A stretch of DNA of 24,666 nt from a virus. Lineage: Duplodnaviria; Caudoviricetes. This document shows positions 8,881 to 18,249 of the stretch, one piece after another (within the stretch, counting starts at the first letter, position 1; each line of letters begins with the position of its first letter). The notes beneath the pieces were generated by a model. It had not been told where the DNA came from, did not search any database, and was given only the letters and a program-made list of their open reading frames with translations. A program made the translations under genes and the position numbers. The DNA lies in the IMG/VR virus record IMGVR_UViG_3300020045_000915, positions 1 to 24,666 of that record. One strand, written 5' to 3'.

Positions 8881-9825
8881 ATGGAGTTAGAAAAAGTAGT
8901 GGAGAGATTTGTAAAGCATCCAAAACAATTAACTAATGGAGCTAAGTATTTAAGTAATTTATGGAGGTGTGATATAGAAGTAGTGTATGAGGCTAGAAAG
9001 ATTGTTAGAGATAAATCAAAAGTTATTGTAGAGCAGGTTAAGAAAAGATTGCCAAAGATATTAATATTTGATATCGAGAGTAGCCCAAGCATTAGTTATA
9101 CATTTGGAAGATTTAAAACTAATGTAAATTGGGACCAAGTTGAACAGGAGCCAATAATGTTAACTTGGTCAGCAAAATATTTATATAGTGCTGAAGTAAT
9201 GTCAGACAAGATAACACCAGAAGAGGTTCTTCGTGCTGATGATAAAAGAATTGTTACAAGTTTACATAAACTAATGGGAGAATCCGATATAGTTATAGCA
9301 CATTATGGTGACAGGTTTGACATACCATTACTGAATGCTAGGGCTATTCTAAATGGCTTGCCACCATACAATACTGTAAACTCTATAGATACTAAAAAGG
9401 TTGCATCTGGAGTATTTAAATTCCCTTCTAATAAGTTAGATGCCCTGGCTAAATACTTTGGATTACAAGGCAAGATAAAGACTGAATTTCAACTATGGAT
9501 TGATTGCCTAAAAGGCATTCCATCTGCTATAGAAGAGATGAGAGTTTATAACGTTCAGGATATTATTGCGCTCGAGGAGGTGTACTTAAAACTACGTCCA
9601 TACATTAAAGCACATCCAAATGTTTCATTGTATAACGATATTCAGGAAAAACAATGTTGTAATTGTGGTTCTACTAATATAGAAGAAATAGAGGATAAAT
9701 TGTACTATACTTCAGTTGCTGCATATAAAATGTATCGTTGTAAATGTGGTGCAATTAGTAGGGGTAGAAAAACTGTTATAGAGAAATCTAAGAATATTAA
9801 CACATTAACAAGTGTAGGGAAATAG
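8881..9825 (+). CDS. DEDD / RNase H-like 3'-5' exonuclease with a C-terminal Zn ribbon
   Basis: ILIFDIES (ExoI), AHYGDRFD (ExoII), YNVQDI (ExoIII), CxxC (CCNCGS) and YRCKCG. Confidence 0.85.
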   Translation: MELEKVVERFVKHPKQLTNGAKYLSNLWRCDIEVVYEARKIVRDKSKVIVEQVKKRLPKILIFDIESSPSISYTFGRFKTNVNWDQVEQEPIMLTWSAKYLYSAEVMSDKITPEEVLRADDKRIVTSLHKLMGESDIVIAHYGDRFDIPLLNARAILNGLPPYNTVNSIDTKKVASGVFKFPSNKLDALAKYFGLQGKIKTEFQLWIDCLKGIPSAIEEMRVYNVQDIIALEEVYLKLRPYIKAHPNVSLYNDIQEKQCCNCGSTNIEEIEDKLYYTSVAAYKMYRCKCGAISRGRKTVIEKSKNINTLTSVGK

Positions 9826-9829
9826 ATTT

Positions 9830-9884
9830 AAGTCTATAAAAGATTTGTGAAATTTGGATTTTCCGAATTAATATATTATACTTG
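9830..9884 (+). promoter_or_regulatory. putative capsid-operon promoter: AAGTCTATAAAA box, -33 TTTG, -7 TATACTTG
   Basis: Box 9830, TTTG 9853-9856, 20-nt spacer, TATACTTG 9877-9884. Confidence 0.65.
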
Positions 9885-9904
9885 CAAATAATTTATATTA
9901 GAAT

Positions 9905-11041
9905 ATGGCTAAGAAGAGCGAAGAATCGGAAGAAGTTTTTGGAGAAGACTTTAACCTACTGGATGATGGAATGGAAGAATTCCTGACAGAGAAATTGGGC
10001 AGTTCAACTGCTATTGTAAATGACGAAGAAAGTCAAGTAGATGACATTATTGAACAAGTAAGTAAAGTAGAAGAAGATGTAGTTGAAGATGCTACTAATG
10101 ACGAAGAAAATATTATTAAGGAGGATACCGAATCCAATAGTAATGAAAACTCTTCTTCTCCACTGGTTCCATATGCTAAATATCTAAAGGAAGAAGGTAT
10201 CCTCCCTAATTTTGATATAGAAAAGTTTGATGGCAGCATTGATGGATTACGTGAAGGAATGTTCACTGAGATTAATCAAGGTGTTGAGGCTTATAAAAGT
10301 TCATTACCAGATGCAGTAAAACATATCATAAATAACTATGAAGCTGGCGTACCACTAGAACGTCTATTTCAGATAGATGCAGATAGAACAAAATACACTA
10401 GTATTTCAGAAGATGATTTATCTGATGAAAATAATCAGAAAGAACTAGTACGAGATTATCTATCTAAAACTACTAAGTATTCTCAAGAGCGTATAGAAAG
10501 AGATATTCAGAGATTAGTAGACTTGCAGGAATTAGAAAGTGAAGCTAAGTCAATACTTCCAGAATTGGTAACAATGCAGAATGATATTGAGAAGCAAGAG
10601 TTGGAGTATGTACAACAACAGAAAGTCGTAGCCGAGGAGAATAGATTAAAGGAATTAGAGACTCTTCAAAAGACACTAGAATCTACTGATGAGATTATTC
10701 CTGGAAATAAATTATCTAGTGTACTTAGACAAAAGATATTTAAGAATCTTACAACTCCAGTCGGATATACAGAACAAGGTCAACCGCTAAATAAGTTAGG
10801 TGCATATAGACAGAAAGAACCAGTTAAGACTGAAATTATTCTAAACTATATATTTGAAGCTACTAATGAATTTAAAGATTGGTCAACATTTAGTAAAGGG
10901 GCTAAAAGAGCTGTAATATCAGAGATAGAGAATATGGCTAAAACAATGGACTATAATACTTCTCAAGGTAAAACTGCGATAATGACTAAAAGTTCTTCTG
11001 CTAATAAATTCCTTAAAGAAATTGATAATTTTGAATTTTAA
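9905..11041 (+). CDS. acidic scaffold-like head assembly protein (conserved crAss-like gene preceding MCP)
   Basis: Very acidic disordered N-terminus, coiled-coil centre, immediately upstream of the MCP gene. Confidence 0.65.
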   Translation: MAKKSEESEEVFGEDFNLLDDGMEEFLTEKLGSSTAIVNDEESQVDDIIEQVSKVEEDVVEDATNDEENIIKEDTESNSNENSSSPLVPYAKYLKEEGILPNFDIEKFDGSIDGLREGMFTEINQGVEAYKSSLPDAVKHIINNYEAGVPLERLFQIDADRTKYTSISEDDLSDENNQKELVRDYLSKTTKYSQERIERDIQRLVDLQELESEAKSILPELVTMQNDIEKQELEYVQQQKVVAEENRLKELETLQKTLESTDEIIPGNKLSSVLRQKIFKNLTTPVGYTEQGQPLNKLGAYRQKEPVKTEIILNYIFEATNEFKDWSTFSKGAKRAVISEIENMAKTMDYNTSQGKTAIMTKSSSANKFLKEIDNFEF

Positions 11042-11068
11042 TAATATAACAAACTAAATTTAATAAAA

Positions 11069-12559
11069 ATGAGTGTATCTAAATCAGCATTCCCCTCGCT
11101 AAGAGTCGAATCAAAAGATTGGTCTGGACTGACCACAGAAAATCACTTGGGTGCATTGTTCGGTGAACAACCTGAGAAGATTTCTAAATTTATCTCTCGC
11201 CTGGAGTATCTTGACTTAGGTGAAGATTTAATCTCGTACATGGAGCAATTCCCAGTTCATTATCTTGAAGATGATAAAGAATTTGAGTGGATGCTACAAG
11301 GTGCTGAGGAAAAAAATATTCCATTAGTAAAAGCTACTGACCTTGCAGGGACTCCAGTTGCAGCCACTGATGAATTCGGTAAAGGGATTTCACGATTCAT
11401 TGTATACTTCAATGAAAAAATGTTCTTCCAAACACATGTAATTGCTGGACCAAATCCTGACCTTTACAAATTGTTGGTTAAAACTGAAGGCGAACAAAAA
11501 GGTGCTTATTGGGCATATGAAGTAGAATTGGTAACTGGAGATGTGAATCTTTATGTACCTTACGAAGAACTAGTTGCTGGTACTCGTTGGCATGTTGAAT
11601 ACTCTTTGAGTGAGCAAACATTGTCTAAAACAGGTTCTGATATTAGCTTTACTTCTCCATTCCGTATGGCAAATCGTATGTCTATGATGAGAAAGAAACA
11701 TCTTGTTCCTGGAAATATGATTAATAAAAAAGCTAATGACCCAGTTGTATTTGGTCTTCATGGTAAAGATAACACAACCTTTACTACTTGGTTAAATAAA
11801 ATTGACTGGGAATTCCGTCGTCAATTCCGTCGTGAAAAAGCTCGTCTGTTGATGTTTGGACAATCTAACCGTATGGCTGATGGTTCTTATGCGAACATTG
11901 GTGAGTCTGGCTATGAAATCAAAGCTGGTATGGGATTGCGTGAGCAAATATCTCCATCAAATATCATGTACTATAATAAGTTTGATATTGAAGCATTTGT
12001 AGATTATTGTTTGAGTTTATCTGTAGGTAAATTGCCACAAGATTCTCGTAGATTTGTAATTGGCACTGGTGAGCATGGTTTGAAAATGATTTCTCGTGCT
12101 ATTGAAAAATATGCTACTGCATCTGCTCTTGAATACGAACGTATCCCTGGATTAACTGGTGGGGCTCAAGCTTCTTATCAACGTCCACAGTATGTGAAAT
12201 TGGCTGATATCAATGGTATTAAATTAGAATTCTTACATTTGTCTCATTATGATGACCCTGTTCGTAATTCTATCAAACATCCAGATGGTGGTCTTGCTGA
12301 ATCTCATCGTATGACTATTATGGATTTTGGTACACAAGATGGTACTCCTAATATCCAGTTAGTTCGTGCTAAAGGATTTGAAGAGCAATTTGCTTATATT
12401 CCTGGATTACGTGACCCTTATACTCCTGGCGGTATGGGAAAACCAAAAATGGCGGCTACATCTGTAGATGGTTATGAAATCCATAAAGCTGATTGGTTTG
12501 GTGTGATTGTTAAAAATCCTATGCGTATGGCCGATTGGATTCCTAATGTGTTAAATTAA
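11069..12559 (+). CDS. major capsid protein (crAss-like, HK97 fold)
   Basis: WSGLTTENHLG N-terminus, FTSPFRMANR, IKAGMGLREQI, YDDPVRN..KHPDGGLAES.R, GLRDP; codon usage of a highly expressed gene (CGT, GCT, TCT). Confidence 0.92.
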   Translation: MSVSKSAFPSLRVESKDWSGLTTENHLGALFGEQPEKISKFISRLEYLDLGEDLISYMEQFPVHYLEDDKEFEWMLQGAEEKNIPLVKATDLAGTPVAATDEFGKGISRFIVYFNEKMFFQTHVIAGPNPDLYKLLVKTEGEQKGAYWAYEVELVTGDVNLYVPYEELVAGTRWHVEYSLSEQTLSKTGSDISFTSPFRMANRMSMMRKKHLVPGNMINKKANDPVVFGLHGKDNTTFTTWLNKIDWEFRRQFRREKARLLMFGQSNRMADGSYANIGESGYEIKAGMGLREQISPSNIMYYNKFDIEAFVDYCLSLSVGKLPQDSRRFVIGTGEHGLKMISRAIEKYATASALEYERIPGLTGGAQASYQRPQYVKLADINGIKLEFLHLSHYDDPVRNSIKHPDGGLAESHRMTIMDFGTQDGTPNIQLVRAKGFEEQFAYIPGLRDPYTPGGMGKPKMAATSVDGYEIHKADWFGVIVKNPMRMADWIPNVLN

Positions 12560-12583
12560 GAATTATCGGATTTTTTACTAGTA

Positions 12584-12634
12584 TATAATATTCTTCATAG
12601 TGATTGGTAATTCTGTCACTATGAAGACATTATA
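12584..12634 (+). other. long hairpin 3' of the MCP gene (terminator or mRNA stabiliser/processing site)
   Basis: TCTTCATAGTGA (12592-12603) pairs with TCACTATGAAGA (12616-12627); outer TATAAT/ATTATA; no clear U tract. Confidence 0.65.
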
Positions 12635-12674
12635 ATAAATAAATAATGATACGTGGAGAGTATCTAAATAAATA

Positions 12675-12706
12675 TTTGGTAATATCAAATATTATTATTA
12701 TATTTG
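12675..12706 (+). promoter_or_regulatory. Bacteroidota housekeeping-sigma promoter
   Basis: Full consensus TTTG-N20-TATATTTG upstream of ATG 12744. Confidence 0.75.
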
Positions 12707-12743
12707 CAGCCAAATTAAATAAAGAAGAGTAATTTATAATTAT

Positions 12744-13637
12744 ATGGAAAAAGAAAAGATGAGTTATGACGAGGCTGTTGCCTTAGTTCTAAAACCAGGT
12801 GTAACTATTCAGGTTAAACCAGTTATAAGGGAGAGAGCATTCTTTCCAAAAGGACATGATGGAGAGTTTATGTATACTGGTGTGATTAAATCATATCAAT
12901 TACCATATTCAAATAACACTCGTTCGTATGTAAAAGTATTTGATACACAAGAAGAGCAAGAAGCTTTCGAGGTGTTAATGAATAAGGAGCGAGGGTCTCT
13001 AAGTATATTTAATAGAGAGAGTCCATTCTGGTTAAAATATACAGTCGATGTAACAAAAGATGGAAAGGTATTAGACTTGTCATTAGTTGCTCACTGCTTA
13101 GAACATAAATTATTGCAGGCGTGTACTCATAGGATTGCGCAGGATTGGTCTACTAGACATAAACCTGGAATGGATTTCGCATTAGTAAATGATACTCAAC
13201 TTAGAGAAGCTGATAATCATAGGGCTGATATTACAGAAAAAGCAATGGACTTCTTTATTAAGATTCGTAAGAGTAATAGTAAAATGTTTAATGTATTGAG
13301 ATTACTAGAAAAGATGCCACCTAAAGAATCTATTGATAAAACAGATTTCTTAAAGACAGAGATTCTTAAAGTAATTGACCAGAAAGAAGTTGGTAAGAAA
13401 AATATCAAGAATATTAATGATTTCATTACTATTATGAATGATGCTAGATTTGAGAATAAAGTATTGATTTATGATGCAATGGATATTAATGAAATAAAAC
13501 TATTAAATGGGATGTTTAAGATTACTGCCACTGATACTATCATGGGTAAATCAATTGAACAAGCTGCTGAATGGTTAGATTTATTACAGAATCAAGAAGA
13601 AAAGATTCTATTACAACAACGAGTTAAGAAGGCATAA
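12744..13637 (+). CDS. conserved crAss-like protein downstream of MCP (gene 75-like), function unknown
   Basis: 297 aa, syntenic position, own promoter. Confidence 0.6.
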   Translation: MEKEKMSYDEAVALVLKPGVTIQVKPVIRERAFFPKGHDGEFMYTGVIKSYQLPYSNNTRSYVKVFDTQEEQEAFEVLMNKERGSLSIFNRESPFWLKYTVDVTKDGKVLDLSLVAHCLEHKLLQACTHRIAQDWSTRHKPGMDFALVNDTQLREADNHRADITEKAMDFFIKIRKSNSKMFNVLRLLEKMPPKESIDKTDFLKTEILKVIDQKEVGKKNIKNINDFITIMNDARFENKVLIYDAMDINEIKLLNGMFKITATDTIMGKSIEQAAEWLDLLQNQEEKILLQQRVKKA

Positions 13638-13661
13638 TAACCTAATAATAAAGATATTACA

Positions 13662-14657
13662 ATGACCGCAAACGAGCAAAAATTTTCCTTTCAATTAAAG
13701 TTTGATAGCCTATTTGAATTTAGCGCCCCAGCATATGATGACCGTCACATAAGTTATCTATTGACTGAGGCTCAATTCAGAGTGTTTATTAAACGATATA
13801 ATCCAATTGGAAATAAGTACCAGAAGGGATTTGAAGGTAATGAACAACGTAGACGTGATTTAGAGCAGTTAATTAAACCTGCTTCAATATTGGGTGATAC
13901 TGTTACTAATTTAGGCTCTTATAAATGCACATGGTTAATATCTAATAAAACTATTACCATAGTTGCTGGTGGAACTTATACTAATACTAAAGGCCTTAAT
14001 GTTGGACAAACTATAACTGGCCTTGGAATTGGCTTGGGTATTACTGGAACTAATATTATTAAAAGTATAATTAGTGACACTGTATTTACTGTATCTGATA
14101 TACCATCCGCTGCTGGAACTGCTGTTTCATTACTAAGTGCATTAGGTAAATCAAGCTCTCAAGGTGGAGTCCATCCATACGGTATATTCTTAGACTTACC
14201 AAGTGATTTCCTTTATGCTGTTGAAGAAGCTTGTACTTTAAAAAATACAACTACTTCAATTACTAAAGCAACTGAATCTTGGATTAGACCAGTTAGACAT
14301 GATGAATATTTAGCTAATGTAAATAATCCATATAAGAAGCCATATAAGGACTTAGTTTGGAGAATGGATATATCTAGGGTTCAACATGCAGAAGGTGTCA
14401 CTACGGCCACAGCAACAGCCAAGAGGGCTGAATTAATTATACCTAGTGGTTATAGTTTAGTAGAGTATAGAACAAGATATTTGGCAATGCCACCATCAAT
14501 AGTTGTTGATGAATTTGAACCAGAGAATCAGAAACATTGTGTACTTGATGAAACATTGCACAGAGAAATAGTAGATGAAGCTGTAGCAATTGCTCAAGCT
14601 GCTGTAAAAAAAGAAGAATATCAAATAGGACGTGCTGAAACTGCTCAGTCCGAATAA
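13662..14657 (+). CDS. crAss-like head-tail ring/adaptor protein (gene 74-like) with a beta-rich insertion
   Basis: SYLLTEAQ...GFEGNEQRRRDLEQL N-terminus, NNPYKKP, CVLDETLHREIVDEAV C-terminus. Confidence 0.7.
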   Translation: MTANEQKFSFQLKFDSLFEFSAPAYDDRHISYLLTEAQFRVFIKRYNPIGNKYQKGFEGNEQRRRDLEQLIKPASILGDTVTNLGSYKCTWLISNKTITIVAGGTYTNTKGLNVGQTITGLGIGLGITGTNIIKSIISDTVFTVSDIPSAAGTAVSLLSALGKSSSQGGVHPYGIFLDLPSDFLYAVEEACTLKNTTTSITKATESWIRPVRHDEYLANVNNPYKKPYKDLVWRMDISRVQHAEGVTTATATAKRAELIIPSGYSLVEYRTRYLAMPPSIVVDEFEPENQKHCVLDETLHREIVDEAVAIAQAAVKKEEYQIGRAETAQSE

Positions 14658-14688
14658 AAACAATTTAATAATTTAATTCTTAATCAAA

Positions 14689-15909
14689 ATGATTGGACAA
14701 GGAAATGTAACCCATCTATTGGTGGGTAAAGATTTGGCTCTATTGGGCGAAACAAAAACTAGAGCGGATTTGGCTTTGGGACAATTAGGTATATTTAAAG
14801 TAGGTGCTAAAACTGCTATTGATGGAACTACAGATTTAGTTGCTGGAGACCGTTTTAGTATTGCTACATTGAATAGTAAAGGTGTAATTGTAGAAACACC
14901 AGTTATCGAGTATGATAATATTAAAAGTAAATCATCTACTGTATATGCAGCTCCGTCTGTACGCTCTCGTGCTATTGGATTTAATGGAACTTCTGGTTCT
15001 ATTGACCCTATTAACTATGCCAACTATGTAGCTCACGTATTCTGGAAAGATAACAGTAAAACATTTGGTCAAGGTATTCCAGTAAAGTTTGCTGCTTATG
15101 CTGCTGATGGTTCTGCCACTCAAGCTGAAGTTGCTGTTGGGCTTGTAAATAACTTTAACAAGAACTTTAAGCGTGAGAAACCGAAATTAATTAAAGCCGA
15201 GGTTTTGATTAATTCTGCTGGAACTATTGTTCCTACTGGAGCTGGTACTATTAACTTTGTAAACGGTTCTAAGTATGTAAAATTCAATACTGATATTGCT
15301 GATGCTACTGGAGCTGTTGCTATTGCTGTCGGTGATTATATTAAAGTTGCAACTGGTGTTACTGTTCCTGCATATAAAATTGTAGCAATTGATACTACTA
15401 GTGATGTTGCTACATTAGATACCCCTTATCAAGGAGTAACTGCATTGGCCGTTGCTAATGCTACTGCTAAAGTAGTTTACGCTGCTGCCGCTACTGCTGC
15501 TGATTGTGGAATTAAACTTACTGGAATGCCTCTTACTGAAGGTTTTGAGCCAGGCGTAATTCGTTGGGACTTTGTTGAGTTTGAAATTCAATTGGGTTCT
15601 GAGGTTGGTGCTACTACTCAAAGTGTAATTACTAATCCTTCATTGGGTGCTGGTACTTATTATGAAGTAGCTCAGAATGAATGGTTCTTGAAAGGTAATC
15701 GTGGTGAAGCATGGCGTGTTGGTAACTATCCTAAGACAATTACTTTGGAAGCTACATCAGGTAAAACTTATGACCAATGCGTTATCAACTATGCAACTAC
15801 TAATGCTCAAACGATTGACCGTACAGTTAATTCTTATGGAAGTGTTATGATTGCTGTTGAGGCTGGTTCTGCTGGATATACTGCATTGTTGGATGTTGTA
15901 AATATCTAA
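14689..15909 (+). CDS. abundant virion structural protein, probable auxiliary capsid/decoration protein (gene 73-like)
   Basis: Ala/Thr/Gly-rich, high-expression codons, SLGAGTYYEVAQNEWF...G.RG motif, followed by a terminator; role inferred from synteny. Confidence 0.6.
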   Translation: MIGQGNVTHLLVGKDLALLGETKTRADLALGQLGIFKVGAKTAIDGTTDLVAGDRFSIATLNSKGVIVETPVIEYDNIKSKSSTVYAAPSVRSRAIGFNGTSGSIDPINYANYVAHVFWKDNSKTFGQGIPVKFAAYAADGSATQAEVAVGLVNNFNKNFKREKPKLIKAEVLINSAGTIVPTGAGTINFVNGSKYVKFNTDIADATGAVAIAVGDYIKVATGVTVPAYKIVAIDTTSDVATLDTPYQGVTALAVANATAKVVYAAAATAADCGIKLTGMPLTEGFEPGVIRWDFVEFEIQLGSEVGATTQSVITNPSLGAGTYYEVAQNEWFLKGNRGEAWRVGNYPKTITLEATSGKTYDQCVINYATTNAQTIDRTVNSYGSVMIAVEAGSAGYTALLDVVNI

Positions 15910-15929
15910 TAAATAACTTAATCTAATAA

Positions 15930-15966
15930 TAAAGGGGATGGGCAAAAGTCCTTCCCCTTATTTTTT
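15930..15966 (+). terminator. rho-independent terminator
   Basis: AAGGGGATGGGC-AAAA-GTCCTTCCCCTT stem-loop followed by ATTTTTT. Confidence 0.85.
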
Positions 15967-15977
15967 AATAACAACTA

Positions 15978-16032
15978 AAGTCTATAGAAACTATATTTAA
16001 TTTGTATATGAAATTAGAATGTAGTATATTGC
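15978..16032 (+). promoter_or_regulatory. putative fibre-operon promoter: AAGTCTATAGAA box, -33 TTTG, -7-like TATATTGC
   Basis: Box 15978, TTTG 16001-16004, 20-nt spacer, TATATTGC 16025-16032, just after the terminator. Confidence 0.6.
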
Positions 16033-16069
16033 GACTTTGAAATAAAATAACAATTTAATAATATATACA

Positions 16070-16387
16070 ATGGGAAAGATTTTAGGATTTGGTAAAGGAC
16101 AACAAGGAAATACTTTACGATTAAACTATAAAAATTACTTTGCTGAAATTGGGTTGCATAATGGTAAATTTGTATTCTATGTAAATGGTGATGTAGTACA
16201 TAATTTAGGTACAATTGAATCTGATATAGCATTAAAAGCTAATGCTGCATCTCCAGTATTCACTGGGACTACTACAATGGCATTGCCTATTTATGCTGAT
16301 ATTACTGCCGCTAAAACTGCTGGATTAACTATTGGAAAACTATTTCAAATAACTACCACTGGAGTAGTTACTGTAGTAAATTCGTAA
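16070..16387 (+). CDS. small fibre-like structural protein (possible head fibre)
   Basis: LKANAASPVFTG fibre repeat; C-terminal YADITAA..AGL.IG.LF...TG motif shared with ORF 17365. Confidence 0.55.
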   Translation: MGKILGFGKGQQGNTLRLNYKNYFAEIGLHNGKFVFYVNGDVVHNLGTIESDIALKANAASPVFTGTTTMALPIYADITAAKTAGLTIGKLFQITTTGVVTVVNS

Positions 16388-16413
16388 TTCGCAAATCACG
16401 AATAATAATAATT

Positions 16414-16439
16414 TAATGGTAATAGAAATATTACCATTA
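16414..16439. other. perfect 11-bp hairpin with GAAA tetraloop
   Basis: TAATGGTAATA-GAAA-TATTACCATTA in the intergenic gap. Confidence 0.75.
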
Positions 16440-16459
16440 GCCAATTCAAATAAATAACT

Positions 16460-16924
16460 ATGGATATTAAACAAGGAAATACTATACAATTTATATCTGT
16501 ATTCAAAGATACTTCAACTGTAGATGCTAATAATTGGGACGAAGTTGATAATGTAATTCTATATGCATATACATGTTTATCATATATAGTTAAGTTTTCT
16601 CTTGTACCAATGTCTGGTTATAATCAATTAAGACGCATTGATTCCACACATCTATTGGGCGCAATAACTCCACAGCAATCTAAGTTAATGCTTGGTGAGT
16701 TAATGATGGAATTATGTATTAAAGATAAAGGAACTGTTCTAGCTGATGGCGGAGATAGCTATATAACTCCCTCGCTAGCATATGATGGTGGAGATTCTAC
16801 TATTGTTCCATCTTCTGTATTAGATGGTGGATATGCGCTAGATTTAAATATAGAAGAAGTTGGTATAAATGGAACTGAAGTTGGAATAACTATTACTGAA
16901 TCTATTATTAAAGCTGAAGTATAA
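16460..16924 (+). CDS. hypothetical structural protein (BppU N-terminal-like beta sandwich?) with three DGG repeats
   Basis: IKQGNT start, ITPQQSKLM.G motif, DGGDS/DGGDS/DGGY repeats. Confidence 0.5.
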   Translation: MDIKQGNTIQFISVFKDTSTVDANNWDEVDNVILYAYTCLSYIVKFSLVPMSGYNQLRRIDSTHLLGAITPQQSKLMLGELMMELCIKDKGTVLADGGDSYITPSLAYDGGDSTIVPSSVLDGGYALDLNIEEVGINGTEVGITITESIIKAEV

Positions 16925-17352
16925 TGAATTACAGTACAGAAATAATACTTAATCCTATTTACCAAAATAGTGATTTTGATATAAATCCAATTAATGTAGA
17001 TATTGGATTAGACTTAAGCTTAATAGATTTCTCAATAGAAATATTATTAGGTTCAAATATAACTATTGGTGGAAATGGAACTGGACATGATATTAAATAT
17101 GAAAATGCAATACTACCAACTAAATCAATATTAGAATATACTGGAAATGTAGTTGTTACTGATACTTCAACTAGTACATTAATAAATATTCCACTTCAAA
17201 CAATACCAAATTCATCATTAATTACATACCAAGCAACTCCTCCTTTAAATCCAAAATTAAATGATTTATGGGTGTCAACAGTTACATTAATTCAATATCA
17301 ATGGATTGGTTCTTGGGTTAATTTCAATTTACAATCATTAGTGAACTTATAA
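16924..17352 (+). CDS. hypothetical structural/fibre-associated protein
   Basis: TAATG coupling to the upstream gene; PPLNPKLNDLWV...YQWIGSW motif typical of fibre modules. Confidence 0.55.
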   Translation: MNYSTEIILNPIYQNSDFDINPINVDIGLDLSLIDFSIEILLGSNITIGGNGTGHDIKYENAILPTKSILEYTGNVVVTDTSTSTLINIPLQTIPNSSLITYQATPPLNPKLNDLWVSTVTLIQYQWIGSWVNFNLQSLVNL

Positions 17353-17364
17353 AACTTAAATAAA

Positions 17365-18234
17365 ATGAGTACAGCAATTAAATTACGTGGTGATACCACA
17401 GAAAATTGGACATTAAATAGTTCTGTTATATTGGCAGTTAGAGAAATAGCAGTTGATACAGATTTAAATAGATTTAAAATAGGTAATGGGACTTCCACAT
17501 GGGCTCAATTAAACTTCATGGATAAATCTCTCGAAGATGCATTAGGATTGAAGGCTAATTTAGCTAATCCAACATTTACTGGGAAAGTAGTCGTGCCAAT
17601 TCCAAATGGGGACACATCAGCTACCCAAGCTGCTAGGCATGGGACTCTTGATGATAGGGTTCCAGAACCTAACAGCCTTACATTGAATAGATATTTACGC
17701 TCAAATGACGATGGAACTTCTCATTGGAGTGCCGATGTTGCGCCATTGGCTAGTCCAACATTTACTGGAACCGTATCTGGCATTACCTCATCAATGGTTG
17801 GACTTGGAAATGTTACAAACGAAAGTAAGTCTACAATGTTTACAAACCCGACTCTTACTCAAAATATTACAGAGGTTTTAGTTGGGACTGTCACTAGCGT
17901 TGGGTCTACCACGATAACTGGCACTGGCACTAACTTTTTGAGTTTTAAATCTGGTGATATATTTACACAGATTGGAGGTCCAACTATAACATTTACAATA
18001 AATACAATAACCGATGACTTAACGCTAAATGCAACTGCAAATGTAACCTCTTACTCTGGGATGGTTGGAACTATCGCTAGAACTGGTCCGCAATCTGTAG
18101 ATATTATAAAAGTTAATGGTACTAGGGGCTTGGAGATTTTAACCGAAGTGTTTGCTGATAACACCGCTGCTGCCGCATTAGCCATTGGAACCATATATAG
18201 AACATCTACTGGAGTTTTAATGATTAAATACTAA
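17365..18234 (+). CDS. fibre protein with an Mtd/hyaluronidase-type N-terminal domain
   Basis: IKLRGDTTENW...ILAVREIAVDTD..RFKIGNG...W..L, KANLANPTFTG / APLASPTFTG repeats, VGLGNVTNES. Confidence 0.75.
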   Translation: MSTAIKLRGDTTENWTLNSSVILAVREIAVDTDLNRFKIGNGTSTWAQLNFMDKSLEDALGLKANLANPTFTGKVVVPIPNGDTSATQAARHGTLDDRVPEPNSLTLNRYLRSNDDGTSHWSADVAPLASPTFTGTVSGITSSMVGLGNVTNESKSTMFTNPTLTQNITEVLVGTVTSVGSTTITGTGTNFLSFKSGDIFTQIGGPTITFTINTITDDLTLNATANVTSYSGMVGTIARTGPQSVDIIKVNGTRGLEILTEVFADNTAAAALAIGTIYRTSTGVLMIKY

Positions 18235-18249
18235 TCATTTAATACTTAA

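Noticed and set aside
12560-12743. tRNA or other structured ncRNA in the largest intergenic gap
   Set aside because: No cloverleaf or TTCG arm; the gap is explained by one hairpin plus a promoter.
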